The notes under the pieces: model-generated
What the model saw: only the letters and a program-made list of their open reading frames with translations
The model's database searches: none
What the model was told of the DNA's origin: nothing
Position numbers and translations under genes: made by a program
Shown: positions 9,665 to 21,700 of the stretch, piece after piece
How the letters are laid out: each line of letters starts with the position of its first letter
Numbering within the stretch: position 1 is the first letter of the stretch
Assembly (NCBI GenBank): GCA_965208675.1
Contig: OZ242351.1
Coordinates: 2,048,001-2,112,000, forward strand
Source of the DNA: Candidatus Poribacteria bacterium
Lineage (GTDB): Bacteria; Poribacteria; WGA-4E; PCPOR2b
Length of the DNA: 64,000 bases
Direction of reading: 5' to 3'

Positions 9665-10885
9665 ATGAAGAGGTTATTAAAGATACTCATGATTCTTGTG
9701 TTGGTTGCCGGTGCCGGGTGTAACCAACAGGTGATTACGCAACTGGAAGTTGGTCGAGACAAGCTGCTCGACGCAGGTCTGGAAATCGAGGCGATTGAGC
9801 ACCTAACATTGGCTGAAAATAAAGAAGCTAAGTCTGAAATCGAAAAAGTGGAACCGCGGGCATTATTGTTGATTGCCTATACGACGGCGCTTTCAAGCGG
9901 CGATGCTAAGACCTTGAAGGCAAATCTTGTTGATGATTATAAAGAAGAGCGGCAGAGGAGACTTGCCGCGTTGAACACGGCGGAAATGAGGAAAATTTTA
10001 GATGTGCTTAATGAACGGCACCGCATCCAAAAAGATGCAATGCAAGTGTTAATTGATAAAGGGGCCGACGCCGTACCTTTATTGATTGAAAGCCTTGGGC
10101 GGGCTTGGAAGTATGCGCAGATAAAGGGTGAAATTACCGATATGTTATATGAGATTGGTTCGCAAGGCCTAGACCACGTAATCGTTGCGCTCAAATCGCC
10201 GGATACTTCGGCTGATGCGAAGTCTACGCTTGTGCAGATAGTTGGGAAGATTAACGATACTCGCGTACTTTCGGAATTGGAATCAATTCGAGACGGGCTG
10301 AGCGCCGCGGATGCAGGGTTGATAATGGAACTTAACGTTGCGCTCTATAAACTAGGCAAGAAATCAATTTATAAACCGAAAATTATTGCAGGCTTAAGTG
10401 ATAGTGAGGTTTCCGTGCGCCGTGCCGCATCGAAGGCACTGTCGGAGTTGAACGATTCGCCCGCGGCTCAAATCGTCAGTGTTCTACAAGACTCTGACGC
10501 TGAAGTGCGTATGTATGGTGCACGAGCGCTTCAAAAATTTCCGACGGAGACTGCGGTCGTCCCGTTAATTAAAGTCCTCAAGTCGGATTCAGATGCGGAC
10601 ACCAAAAAAGCGGCAACGAGAGCGCTGATTGTGCACGCCAAAAAGGGGTTGGGGAAAAACATGGCGGTGCGTTTAATCAATGAATTGGATCAGTTAGATG
10701 ACCCAAACGACCGTCTGCGGGTTGTCCAGATTCTCAAAACCGAAGAGCTTGTAAAACAGATTAAAGCCCATCCGTCAGAGGACAATCTTGAATACAATCT
10801 CTGGAAATATTATAACGACGAAGAAAAGAATGACATGGTGAAAGAAGAGCTAAATCTCTTGCTGCTTATGTTAGAATCGGATTAA
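9665..10885 (+). CDS. HEAT/PBS-lyase-repeat lipoprotein
   Basis: Lipobox LVAGAGC; repeats L.D.D..VR..A..AL; AGGAGA RBS. Confidence 0.8.
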   Translation: MKRLLKILMILVLVAGAGCNQQVITQLEVGRDKLLDAGLEIEAIEHLTLAENKEAKSEIEKVEPRALLLIAYTTALSSGDAKTLKANLVDDYKEERQRRLAALNTAEMRKILDVLNERHRIQKDAMQVLIDKGADAVPLLIESLGRAWKYAQIKGEITDMLYEIGSQGLDHVIVALKSPDTSADAKSTLVQIVGKINDTRVLSELESIRDGLSAADAGLIMELNVALYKLGKKSIYKPKIIAGLSDSEVSVRRAASKALSELNDSPAAQIVSVLQDSDAEVRMYGARALQKFPTETAVVPLIKVLKSDSDADTKKAATRALIVHAKKGLGKNMAVRLINELDQLDDPNDRLRVVQILKTEELVKQIKAHPSEDNLEYNLWKYYNDEEKNDMVKEELNLLLLMLESD

Positions 10886-11228
10886 ATGTTAGAAAATACG
10901 TAAAATTTCCTGTACTGCGACGCACACTGACGTGCTGCTGGACAATTTTTCAGAATAATCCCCATCGCGACACGCCTACCGGAATTTTGAAGTTATTCTG
11001 CTTCCATGCGAGAAAGTTGAAAATATTGCCGAGAGCGTAATCGGCACCGGAAAGCAGTTTTCCCCCGAGTCCGTGCAAACCCGTCCGCACGCTTCTTATC
11101 CCCTACGGCATTTCATGTCCTACCTGAAACGCCAACCCGATGAATAGATTAAAGATAATCTTCGCTTATGCATCCGGAAACCGGATGTCCACTGTGTAAT
11201 TTCGGAATTGCACAGTCTCCGAGGCATA

Positions 11229-11737
11229 CGCATTCTTGGTCGTTTGAGTCGCAATCATGGGCGGTTATTGAATGAATCCGCTCTACCCAACCTACAGGCA
11301 TTCGCTTTCAAATAAGGGTCGCGATTCGGAGATTGCTACTATGGCGGGTGAAGGATTATTAGAAAATTGGAAGGTTGGCGATGATGGGTTCGTGAGGTCG
11401 AGACAAAGTACAAACATTGTCTGAACTGTGATTTTCGTGATTAAATGATGGACCATGATCAATTTGCGTCATTTGGGAACATAGATACGCACGGAGTGAT
11501 TGAAAATCGAGGCTGGGAAGCCTCTCCCACACACCGGCGAGTCAATGCATAATTTTTGATAATCGAGCTTGATAGGGGCGCGGGAGGTTTTTAAGGCAGA
11601 AAACTGTAGGAAAACTATCGCCCTCCCTATTCGGTCGGTCGATCCTACAAGAGGATGGGCGAAATGAGTATTCGATGATTGATGTCGGCTTTCTGGTTTT
11701 TTTACCCTCCTCAATCCCCCCTTGGTAAGGGGGGAGA
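11229..11737. repeat. Intergenic mosaic of several REP-like families
   Basis: Contains CGCTCTACCCAACCTAC (11279), GCGATTCGGAGATTG.TAC, TGTCTGAACTGTGATTT, ATCGAGGCTGGGAAGCCTCTCCCACA, CTATCGCC..GATCCTAC and CCCCCCTT..AAGGGGGG, each found elsewhere in the window. Confidence 0.75.
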
Positions 11738-12079
11738 TTGACTGTGGTGCGTTGGGGTAGGCTAGTTTAACTCAAATATTTTGGTGAGGTTTCTCCTGCA
11801 AGTGCAATGATTTAGATTGACGCGTACCTGCCTATTTGATATGCTATAATTTTAGGTGAACACGTGAAAACCGGTGCATGCCACATCATTCGCATCGCAC
11901 CGTGGAAGCGGTTCAACAGTTGCAGCCGCGTTCCGGGCGAAGATGGCAAACTGGGAATTTAGAACCCAAGAAAGATATTGTCCGCCAGCGGCGGCATCTC
12001 AATTACATTTGTCAATTCAGGATGCCGCGACAAGGTTTAGAACTGAAAGGGGAAGTTCTGATTTTCAGGTGCATTGCGC

Positions 12080-12838
12080 TTAAAACTGTTCATAGACATC
12101 TTCGCGGTTATGGCCCCTACGACCGGGGCACAATCGCTGCATTTCCGGCGGCATACGTTCATACGTCTCGGGCCAGAGCGGTTGGTGGCCGCCTTCGTTC
12201 CAGTTGTTGAACCAGCGCGGATAGTAAGCGATATTTAGTCCGACGCGAATTTCGTCGGTAGTTGAATTGGCGCGAGCCATGTGATATAAGCCACTGTGCC
12301 ACATCATAACGGAACCTGGCCGGCCCGTGACCGCCTTGATTAGCGGGCTATCGTGCGTTATACTTGCCGGAGGCCCCTTAAGCCGCGAGCGGTGACTCAT
12401 CGGTACAATTCCCGTTGCACCGTTTTCAATAGTGAAGTCTGTAAGCATCCAGATAGAATTAACCATCCACGGCACGTCCGGCACTTCAGCGAAATGTGCG
12501 GCAGAATCGACGTGAAGTCCTTGAGGGCCTGCCCCGGGCCATGTTGGTTTGGAACAAGCCTCGACAACACGACAGGTTTCTCCAAGAAAATGTCTGACTA
12601 CGGCAACAACATCTGGATGGCTGGCGCAGGTCCAGACCCTGTCATCAAGGTTTAACATGCCAAACAGTGTCTGATAGTATTTGTCGCCGGTGTTATAGCG
12701 CTCGTATTGGGGATCAGCGTGAATTTCCAAGAATCGCTCTGCCATGCTACCAGCCATGTCTTCGGAAATGCGATCTTCTAGGACGCAGTACCCGCAATCG
12801 CTCATTGAGTCAATTGCTGCTTTGATATCATCGTTCAT
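12080..12838 (-). CDS. Phytanoyl-CoA dioxygenase (PhyH) family Fe/2OG oxygenase
   Basis: QGLHVD, LTDFTIENGAT..VPMSH, LYH. Confidence 0.88.
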   Translation of the reverse strand: MNDDIKAAIDSMSDCGYCVLEDRISEDMAGSMAERFLEIHADPQYERYNTGDKYYQTLFGMLNLDDRVWTCASHPDVVAVVRHFLGETCRVVEACSKPTWPGAGPQGLHVDSAAHFAEVPDVPWMVNSIWMLTDFTIENGATGIVPMSHRSRLKGPPASITHDSPLIKAVTGRPGSVMMWHSGLYHMARANSTTDEIRVGLNIAYYPRWFNNWNEGGHQPLWPETYERMPPEMQRLCPGRRGHNREDVYEQF

Positions 12839-13212
12839 GGAATTTGCGTTGCGCCTCCTAATGTAGTTGACGATGTAAAATTATTTTAAGGTCATGCGGA
12901 AGAATTTACTACATTTAGTATCATATTCTCTGCAGAATGATAAGCAATGCGGTAACTTCAGCAAAAACTCTTCCGTGAATTATGTTGCAATTATAGCAAT
13001 TTGGTGACAATTTTGCAACAAAAAAGGAGGCTAGTTTTCGCTATGTCTGTCGCCCGCCTGGGCTATGGTGTAGGTTTTTGCTGTGTGAGGGTGACTGGTT
13101 GCCGGACGGAGTGAATTTTGCGATTGGAATGGATAAAACAAGAGGGTTGTTGGGGATTAGCCGTGGTGTTGGTGATTGGTAATTCATTTGGGCTGGGCGA
13201 GGCTTTAAGGGA

Positions 13213-13315
13213 GGTGGGTTTCGCTACGTTCATCAGAAATTGTACGCGGTTAGGATGGTCGTGCGATACGTTTTGATGGGCGGTTTTTTGAATGAGTCCG
13301 CTCTATCCAACCGAT
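13213..13315 (-). repeat. Split REP cassette (diverged; 73-nt insert)
   Basis: GGTGGGTTTCGCT..73 nt..CGCTCTATCCAACCGAT; insert is homologous to those at 46832 and 47119. Confidence 0.7.
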
Positions 13316-13363
13316 AAGAGCTGCCGCCCCTACGGGGTTTTGGCTGTATGAGGGATTTGAATT

Positions 13364-14203
13364 ATGACTTATTCTATGACTGACGAGCAGCGTTTTACCT
13401 TCGATTTGAAGGGTTGGCTGATGATTCCGTCCGTGTTGCAACCGGGCGAAATTAGAGAAATTAAGGAATTTCTGAATGCCTTAGAGTCCAACCCGGAGAC
13501 GCTTCCTGAGCGGGATAGGCATGTTTGCGGGGGCGCATGTTCCCAACTGCTAGATCATCCCGTGGTAGTGGGTGTGTTAAACGAGATTATCCTTTCACCG
13601 GGTTCGCTGCGGGAAGGAGACGTACCCAGAGAGGTAGACGACGAGGCAAAAACTTACGGTTTCCGCTGCGACGGTTGGCATCTCGCTCGCCGAACCTACA
13701 ATCCGAACCGCAGCGCTTCGGATGCACCGCCATCACCGCCGCATAACGGCGGCGTGGAGATGTATCCAACTCACAGTTTCAATGTCTTTAACGGGCGCAT
13801 CTCGTCGCCGGTGACCCGGGTGGTGTGGGAGGTGAACCCTGTGAAGAAATGGATGGGTGGCACGCTGTTTATGTCTGGGAGCCACAAAAGTAACTTTCCT
13901 ATCCCACCGGAACACCGCCAGATTGACAGCCCGTTGTATGAAACCTATGAATGCCCGGCGGGTTCGGTGCTGTTTTTTTCCGAATCGGTTTGCCATGGCG
14001 GTCCACATTGGCTGGATCCTGATCATGACCGTATGGCGCTGTTTTTTCACTATATGCACGCCTCAGCAAAGTGGCATTTCGGGGCGCCGCCTCACGAAAC
14101 TGTCATGGCGATGCCGCCGAAGCGGCGGAGCCTATTTCGCGGGGTATGGATGGGCGTCGGACAGACGAATGACGAGTATTCGAAGGAGAACCGTGCAATT
14201 TGA
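13364..14203 (+). CDS. PhyH-family oxygenase with HxG instead of HxD
   Basis: F.FDLKGWL, PPHNGG, GGT.FMSGSHKSNF, PAGSVLFFSESVCHGG. Confidence 0.8.
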   Translation: MTYSMTDEQRFTFDLKGWLMIPSVLQPGEIREIKEFLNALESNPETLPERDRHVCGGACSQLLDHPVVVGVLNEIILSPGSLREGDVPREVDDEAKTYGFRCDGWHLARRTYNPNRSASDAPPSPPHNGGVEMYPTHSFNVFNGRISSPVTRVVWEVNPVKKWMGGTLFMSGSHKSNFPIPPEHRQIDSPLYETYECPAGSVLFFSESVCHGGPHWLDPDHDRMALFFHYMHASAKWHFGAPPHETVMAMPPKRRSLFRGVWMGVGQTNDEYSKENRAI

Positions 14204-14332
14204 CAACGCATGAACGATTCAGCCGTGAACACACACAACACACAGATGTGTTGCCCGTGCGTTTATCTGCACAATTTGGTTGGGCACAATTTTTTTAGTT
14301 CAGCGTAACACGAAGCACTTCTTGAGGAGGCT

Positions 14333-15676
14333 ATGAAAAAAATTCGAATTGGCGGCGGCGCGGGTTTTTCGGGCGACAGAATTTCACCCGCCGTTGAGTT
14401 GGTGGAATCCGGTGATATTGATTACATCGTATTCGAGTGCCTCGCTGAACGAACCATAATGCTAGCCCAGCAACGGAAACGCCTTGACGCGTCGAAGGGA
14501 TATGATCCTTTATTTGAAAGGCGTATGCGCGCCATACTGGAATCGTGCGCGAAGAAGAACATAAAGATTATAACGAATATGGGAGCAGCAAACCCAAAAG
14601 CAGCGGGCAATTTAGTGGTGCGTTTGATGCAAGAGATGGGGATTGGGACCCTCGCGGCGGCGGTTGTCACCGGCGACGATATACTTGACGAGGTGAAACG
14701 CGGGCAGGTGCAACTTCATGATTTGGGCCTCAACCCACAGGATATTGAAGAACATGTTGTGTCGGCAAACATCTATCTCGGATCAGCCCCCATTTTGGAG
14801 GCGTTGCGACAGGGGGCAGATGTAGTGATTACCGGACGCGTCGCGGATCCGTCGCTTTTCGTAGCTCCCTTACTGTATGAATTTGGTTGGCCGAGCGATG
14901 ATTGGAACCGGGTGGGGCGCGCGGTCATGTTAGGCCATCTGATGGAGTGCGGCTGCCAAATCAGCGGCGGCTACTATGCGGATCCAGGCTACAAGGATGT
15001 TGAAGATCTCGTGCGCTTGGGCTATCCTATCCTTGAGGTTCATGAGGACGAACGCGCTTACATTACAAAGGTGCCCGGCAGCGGAGGAGAGGTCAGCGTA
15101 GGCACATGCAAAGAACAACTGCTATATGAAGTCCGCGACCCCTCACGCCTAATCACGCCGGACGCAGTTTCGGATCTGACCGATGTACGGTTTGAACAGT
15201 CGGCGCCTAACCGCGTGCAGGTCTTCGGCGGAAGCGGGCGACTGCAACCGAACAAACTTCGGGTGCTGCTTTGTGTTCAAGAGGGCTACATCGGCGAAGG
15301 TGAAATCTCCTATGGAGGCCCCGGCGCGTACGAACGCGCCCAACTCGCTGCGTCATGTGTGCGCGAATGGCTAGAATCTGAATGCGTCGAACTCAGTGAA
15401 CTGCGGGTGGATTTAATTGGCGTTAATCATCTGTATCAGAGTGCTTCCCTACCGTTGCAAAGTCCGCCGCCGGAAGTTAGATTGCGCGTCAGCGGGCGCG
15501 CAGGCACACGGCGTCACGCAGAAAGCGTGGGGGAAGAGGTGGAAAGCCTATTTCTCAACGGACCTGCCGGCGGCGGCGGGGCGCGAAAATTTGTTCGCGA
15601 AGTTACTCCAATGTATACAGCCTTTATCGATCGGGCTGCTGTTCAAACACAGATTGAAATACTCACGCCGAATTAA
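14333..15676 (+). CDS. Acyclic terpene utilisation AtuA family (DUF1446)
   Basis: IRIGGGAGFSGDR, FECLAERT, GADVVITGRVADPS, GHLMECGCQISGG, EQLLYEV.DP, NGPAGGGG. Confidence 0.88.
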   Translation: MKKIRIGGGAGFSGDRISPAVELVESGDIDYIVFECLAERTIMLAQQRKRLDASKGYDPLFERRMRAILESCAKKNIKIITNMGAANPKAAGNLVVRLMQEMGIGTLAAAVVTGDDILDEVKRGQVQLHDLGLNPQDIEEHVVSANIYLGSAPILEALRQGADVVITGRVADPSLFVAPLLYEFGWPSDDWNRVGRAVMLGHLMECGCQISGGYYADPGYKDVEDLVRLGYPILEVHEDERAYITKVPGSGGEVSVGTCKEQLLYEVRDPSRLITPDAVSDLTDVRFEQSAPNRVQVFGGSGRLQPNKLRVLLCVQEGYIGEGEISYGGPGAYERAQLAASCVREWLESECVELSELRVDLIGVNHLYQSASLPLQSPPPEVRLRVSGRAGTRRHAESVGEEVESLFLNGPAGGGGARKFVREVTPMYTAFIDRAAVQTQIEILTPN

Positions 15677-15841
15677 TTTCACTCCGACAGACACGGACGT
15701 GTAGTCAGTTGCAAACCGCCAGAACAGCACTTGCCGGTTGCATACGTGAAATATGCGCGAGGATTGGGTGGGTTGAATTCAACACCCTGGTGCGGCACAT
15801 GGACCGATGCATCACACGACTAAAAGGAGGAACAATAATAG

Positions 15842-16999
15842 ATGGAGACTCTAGGCGTAGCAATGGTTGGCTATAAGTTTATGGGAAAGGTCCACTCGCG
15901 GGCGTACCGTGATGCTATCGTGCTATTTGAACCGAAAACCAGTCCTGAACTCCGGGTAATTTGCGGGCGCGACGAATCGGGAGTCCGGGACGCCGCGGAC
16001 CGCTACGGATGGCCGGAATACAGCACCAACTGGGAGGAGGTTGTGGGGCGGGATGACATTCAAATCGTCGACATTTCGGTGCCGGGAGATATACACCGCC
16101 CGATCGCGCTAGCGGCGGCACAGCAGGGCAAACATATCTTGTGCGAGAAGCCGTTGGCGAATTCACTGTCAGACGCGCAAGAAATGGCGCAAGCGGTTGA
16201 AGCGGCGGGCATAGTCAATATGGTCAGTTTTAACTACCGCCGAGTGCCCGCGGTTGTATTGGCGCGCGAACTGATTGAAGCGGGCGAAATTGGCGAAATC
16301 TATCACTGGCGAGCGTGTTGGTTGTCAGACTGGGCGACAAGCCCGTACATTCCCATTACTTGGCGATTCCAACGCGAACGGGCCGGCAGCGGTTCGCTCG
16401 GCGATCTCGGATCTCACCTGATAGATTTGGCGCATTACCTAATTGGGCCGATTGAGAAAGCAATTGGATTAACCGAAACTTTCATTAAGGAACGGCCCTT
16501 GCTTCCTTCTGAGTGTAAACCGAGTGTCACTACAGGTACGGTAAACGTGGATGACGGCGCGCTATTTCTTGCGCGATTTGAAAACGGTGCAATCGGCAGC
16601 TTTGAGGCGACCCGAGTGGCGGGCGGCAGCCGCGAACGGTTCATTTTCGAGATTAACGGCAGCCGCGGCAGCGTGTATTTTGACTTTGAACGGCTGAATG
16701 AGCTGCGATATTTTTCCTGGCGTGAACACGCACGCACACAAGGCTATCGTACCATCTTCGTTGGCCAGAGCGAACACCCTTATGGAAGACGTTGGTGGCC
16801 GCCCGGACTGGGAATAGGCTACGATGCTTCATTTGTGCACACGGTTTACGACTTCCTCAACGGCGTAGCCGACGGAGAGTCGCCATCGCCCGATTTCCGT
16901 GAAGCTGTTGGGGTGCAAGCTGTCCTTGAGGCGGTCGGACACTCGATTGAAGAAGAGCGTTGGGTGAGGGTCTCGGATGTTCTCAACGGGACGCAGTGA
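15842..16999 (+). CDS. Gfo/Idh/MocA family oxidoreductase
   Basis: VGYKFMG..H, GKHILCEKP, GSGSLGDLGSHLID. Confidence 0.92.
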   Translation: METLGVAMVGYKFMGKVHSRAYRDAIVLFEPKTSPELRVICGRDESGVRDAADRYGWPEYSTNWEEVVGRDDIQIVDISVPGDIHRPIALAAAQQGKHILCEKPLANSLSDAQEMAQAVEAAGIVNMVSFNYRRVPAVVLARELIEAGEIGEIYHWRACWLSDWATSPYIPITWRFQRERAGSGSLGDLGSHLIDLAHYLIGPIEKAIGLTETFIKERPLLPSECKPSVTTGTVNVDDGALFLARFENGAIGSFEATRVAGGSRERFIFEINGSRGSVYFDFERLNELRYFSWREHARTQGYRTIFVGQSEHPYGRRWWPPGLGIGYDASFVHTVYDFLNGVADGESPSPDFREAVGVQAVLEAVGHSIEEERWVRVSDVLNGTQ

Positions 17000-17204
17000 A
17001 CCGACAGATTCGTTTAGAAACGGCTGCATTATTCGATTGAAAGCCGCCGGCCCGCCTTCCGCCATGGATAAAAGGTAAACGGTTTTTGAGTTTTGGCGTC
17101 CTAAATTAAGGGTATTCGACGGACAATACCTGAACTCACGGCGTGTTCTACGCATAAGCATATATGCCATTCAGATACTCTTTTTCTAAACGAGGTGAAA
17201 AGCA

Positions 17205-17651
17205 ATGAAGGAATTAAGTTCCAAAACTATATGTATTGGAGCCGTTCTAGTGTGTATTCTGGGAATAGGAATTTCGGTAATGGCAATAGGTCAACAAGAT
17301 GCTTCCCCTAAGTACACTATCCTTGTACTCGGCAGGTTGCACCTGACCCCGAAAGGAAACGCGGAGATTGCCGAAAAACTCATGGTAGAGAAACTGCTGC
17401 CTGCTGCCAAAGGGATTGAGGGTTTAAAAATTACGGCGCTGAAACGGATGCAGATGCCGGGGCCATCAAGTCAAATGCGGACCAAACAGCCCGATTTCAT
17501 AATGATGGCTGAGGTTTCGGATTTGACCGTTCTTGCCAAACTGTGGGCGGCACCGACAGATGGTTTGGAAGAGTATGGGAAACAGATGAAGATACAAGCT
17601 GGCACACCGAAATTTGAAGTGTATCAAATCTTGGAAGGGTCAGCAGACTGA
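17205..17651 (+). CDS. Hypothetical exported protein
   Basis: GAGGTG RBS and an N-terminal signal/TM segment. Confidence 0.6.
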   Translation: MKELSSKTICIGAVLVCILGIGISVMAIGQQDASPKYTILVLGRLHLTPKGNAEIAEKLMVEKLLPAAKGIEGLKITALKRMQMPGPSSQMRTKQPDFIMMAEVSDLTVLAKLWAAPTDGLEEYGKQMKIQAGTPKFEVYQILEGSAD

Positions 17652-17666
17652 GTAGAGAAAAAGATT

Positions 17667-18281
17667 GTGACATCGAATGAAAATAAGTTTGCTGCACCGA
17701 CGTATGACACAGAAAAGCAGATAACAGATCTTTTTTTCGCGCAATGTGAAAAACCTGACGGCTTGGAGGAGATAAATCTAAGTCGATTAACACCGTTTCA
17801 ACGTGCGCTGTTGGTCACGGACGGGACAGTTACGCGGTTCCTCGAAGCTTACACACTTTCTCCGGTCAAGATTGTGCTGTTCGAGCAGGAGATGCAAACC
17901 CTACCTGCCAATCACGAGTGGCTCAAAGCAAAAAAGGGCACAGAGGTAATTCGACGTCAGGTTTCGCTGCAAACACTGAATTGCACAGCCCACCTGCCGA
18001 CTATCCATACCTATGCGACGTCCCTCATTGTACTGAGCCGAACTCCGACGATTATCAGAGAAGGTTTAGAACTTAAGAGCGATGGGTTAGGGACGCTGCT
18101 GCAGCGAAGCGGCTTGGAAACGCGCCGAGATTTACTATGGTGCGGGGTTGAACGCCCGGAAGATCTACCGGCAGGTCTCGCTAATTTGGAGGAAACAGCG
18201 TTTCTTACCCGCACCTATCGCATTGTAGCTGATGGGAAACCGATAATGTTGATTAACGAACGATTTCCCATGTGTTCCTAA
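17667..18281 (+). CDS. Chorismate pyruvate-lyase-like (DUF98/UbiC-fold) protein
   Basis: FQRALLVTDGTVTRFLEAY, LETRRDL, RTYRI...GKPIMLINERFP. Confidence 0.78.
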   Translation: MTSNENKFAAPTYDTEKQITDLFFAQCEKPDGLEEINLSRLTPFQRALLVTDGTVTRFLEAYTLSPVKIVLFEQEMQTLPANHEWLKAKKGTEVIRRQVSLQTLNCTAHLPTIHTYATSLIVLSRTPTIIREGLELKSDGLGTLLQRSGLETRRDLLWCGVERPEDLPAGLANLEETAFLTRTYRIVADGKPIMLINERFPMCS

Positions 18282-18718
18282 GGATGGAAGGGTTGAAGGG
18301 TAGCGATGATGGGTTTGTGTGGTCGAGGCAACGTACAAAAATAGTCTGAACTGTGATTTGTGTGATGGGACGATGGACTACGATTGACTTTTGTCATTTG
18401 GTACATATATACACAAAGAGTGATTGAAAATCGAGGCTGGGAAGCCTCTCTCACACACCCTTGGACGTCGTTAGTCTTCCGTAGCACAATGTAAAATTGT
18501 ACGTTATTTGGCGAAATCCGCTCAACCCAACCTACAAGAGCTTTCAAACAGATTCTAAATATTCAATCTCGTTCGTGCTTCATTATGACCGATAATAACA
18601 CAGCGAAATTTTCAATATCAAAGAAATTTCGACACTCGTGTGAACTAATGCATGAGTTTCTGCTATCCAATACCAAATTTTTAGGGTTGACTTTGTTATT
18701 GTATGCAGCAGGAGGATA

Positions 18719-21700
18719 TTGATGAAACTAGGAATTAAGCCCGTCTGGCAAGGCTTGACAATCACTTTCGCGATGCTCGTAATATTGAATGGCTGTCAAG
18801 AGGAGGTCACCCGCAAGGCTGATTGGGAAACTCATTTTACAGATCTCCATTTCTCCAGCCCCAAACACGGCTGGATTGTGGGCGAAAAGGGGTTTATCAT
18901 TCACACTGGGGACGGCGGCAAGACATGGCACCGCCAGGAGGTTGGGACCGGGGAAGATTTCAAGGCTGTCTACTTTACCAACCGAAAATACGGTTGGGCT
19001 GTCGGCGACAACGGCGTGATTGCCGCGACCGATGATGGCGGCAGACACTGGCACCTGCAGGAAAGCAATACCTCCGGTATGCTGAGAGACGTTGTCTTTG
19101 CGGATTCCAATAAGGGATGGGTTGTGGGAGAAGACAATTACGTGATTGCCACAAAGAACGGCGGAAAAACGTGGGCGCGCCAACAGTATGTGAGCGATTT
19201 TACGCTGAATGGCGTCTGGTTTGTTGACAATCGCCGGGGATGGGCAGTCGGCGAATATGAGAGCGTGCTCCGCACAGACGACGGCGGAAATACTTGGCGT
19301 GAACAAACTACGCGCGAAGGCATCGTACGGAATCGATTGGTCAACGACAACCGGCGTGTGTTTTTCATCAGCGACAACGTCGGCTGGATGGGCGGCAGCG
19401 ATGGTTCAATTTACCATACACAGAACGGGGGCGCACGATGGCAAGGTCAGGACAGCCGCATTCCGAGCATTAACGGCCACGTAAGGGAGACGGTTAACGG
19501 CGTTCACTTTTTGGACAAAAAGCGCGGTTTGGCGGTCGCGGATATCGGGTTTATTTCGTTCACCGAAGACGGCGGCGACAACTGGCGCCTGCTAGAGAGC
19601 GGCACGGAAAACAACCTGATGGCGGTACAGTTCACGAGCCGGAACGAAGCGTGGTCAGTCGGCTGGCACGGGACAATCATGCACTCAAAGGACGGCGGAA
19701 CTACGTGGACGATGAAAAGCGGAACCACATCGAACGACCTGGAAAACATCCAATTTGCGTCGGAGAACCGCGCGGTTGCCGTCGGCAAACGAGGAACCAT
19801 CGCAATCACTGAAGACGGCGGGCAAACATGGGAGGAGGTCGATACAGATATCTGGGACAATATCCGCAACATCTTCTTCATATCCGATCAAGAAGGTTGG
19901 TTGATTGGAGAACGGAACATGATTGCCCATACGACCGACGGCGGACGGACGTGGGCGCGCCAGTACGCGGGCCAGGGCCACATGCTTAACGGCGTGTATT
20001 TTGTTACACGGCAGAAGGGATGGGTCGTCGGCGAACTCGGCACAGTTCTTTACACCGCCGATGGCGGCGCGTCCTGGGTTTCCCAAACAGCGACGGAATT
20101 TCAGTCGCTCAAAGGCGTCTTCTTTCTCAATGGAAAAGAGGGATGGGTTGTCGGATGGCCAGGGATTATCCAACACACGACTAACGGCGGGATGTCATGG
20201 ACGCCGCAGACTTCCGGCACCTTTAACGAATTGTACGCGGTCCACTTTGCTGACAGCCAAAACGGTTGGGTGGTGGGACAGTTCGGGGAAATTCTGCACA
20301 CCAAGGATGGCGGGCAAACTTGGAGATTTCAGCGGAGCGGGGTCAAGGTGAATCTCAACAAAATCTACCTCGCTGACACTATGCACGGCATCATCGTCGG
20401 CGACAATGGAATCATTCTGACTACGACGGACGGCGGCGAGAATTGGATGAAACAGGTGAGCGGTACAGAGAACGACCTTATGGGATTCTCAATTTCGCCA
20501 GAAGGTATGGTCGTAGTCGGCAGAGGCGGTATCGCAATGCGGTATTCGATTGATCCGGCGGAACTCCCGGTGACGCTGCCGTCTGTAGCCAAAGTTGAAG
20601 AACCTCAACCTTCCGAGGATGCCGTAACAGTCGAAGAGGTGATTTACCATTGGGACATTATCCGCCGTGCCGCATGGCAGACCGATTTTACAGACGCCTT
20701 CTTCCTCAATGAGCATACCGGATGGGCTGTCGGTAAAGGCGGGGTTATTGCTCACATAACTGACAGCGGAAAAACTTGGATGCCACAACATAGCGGCGTT
20801 GAGGCGGACCTTAATCAGGTGGCATTTGTTGACCCCCTGCACGGATGGATTACGGGCCGCCGCATGTTGCTGCGGACTGATGACGGCGGCGGCACTTGGC
20901 AGGTGGTCAGAGGTGTTTTGCAGAACCTACAGGGCATCAATACGATGCAATTCATCACGCCTACAGAGGGGTGGCTTGGGGTTGATACCGCACAAATTCT
21001 GCACACAACCGACGGCGGGTTGACGTGGCAGCGCCAACATACCGGCACCTCCGACCAGCCTATAACAGATCTGCATTTTATCAATTCTAGTGAGGGCTGG
21101 GCGGTTTTGAGAGATCGCCGGGAGGGCGGACTGGTCCTTCACACTACAGATGGCGGCGGTTACTGGAAGATACTCGACAAGACAAATTTAGCGGGAATTG
21201 GGGTTTATTTCGCCGATTCGAATTTGGGCTGGGTTGTGCAGGCAAATGGTTCATCGATTGTCACGCACGACGGCGGCTCCACCTGGAAACGGGTCAATTC
21301 GGAATTAGGCTCGTCAACGGGCACGCTTGAGCGGGTAACATTCCGAAACCAAAAAGAGGCATGGGCTTTAAATAGAGATGGCATCCTATACCTCACCAGC
21401 AGCGGCGGTCAAACGTGGGAAGCGGCGAAAGTTCCGCAACATGAGGGTTCATCCGCACACCGGAATGCCGGCGGAGACGAGATCGATTTGTTTTCGCTCT
21501 GGACTGGCGGCGACGGAGAATCCGGCGCTGCTGACGACCCGCCAAGTAACACTGACGATTCGATTTTGGATGCGGATTTCGCAGAGCAGTTTCAAGCGCA
21601 AATTAGCGACCAGCGTCAGCGCACCGGTAGATTCACGCCGGAAGGCGACCTGGTAGGAGATAGCGATGCATCCGCCGACGAATCGCAGACACAGCGGACG

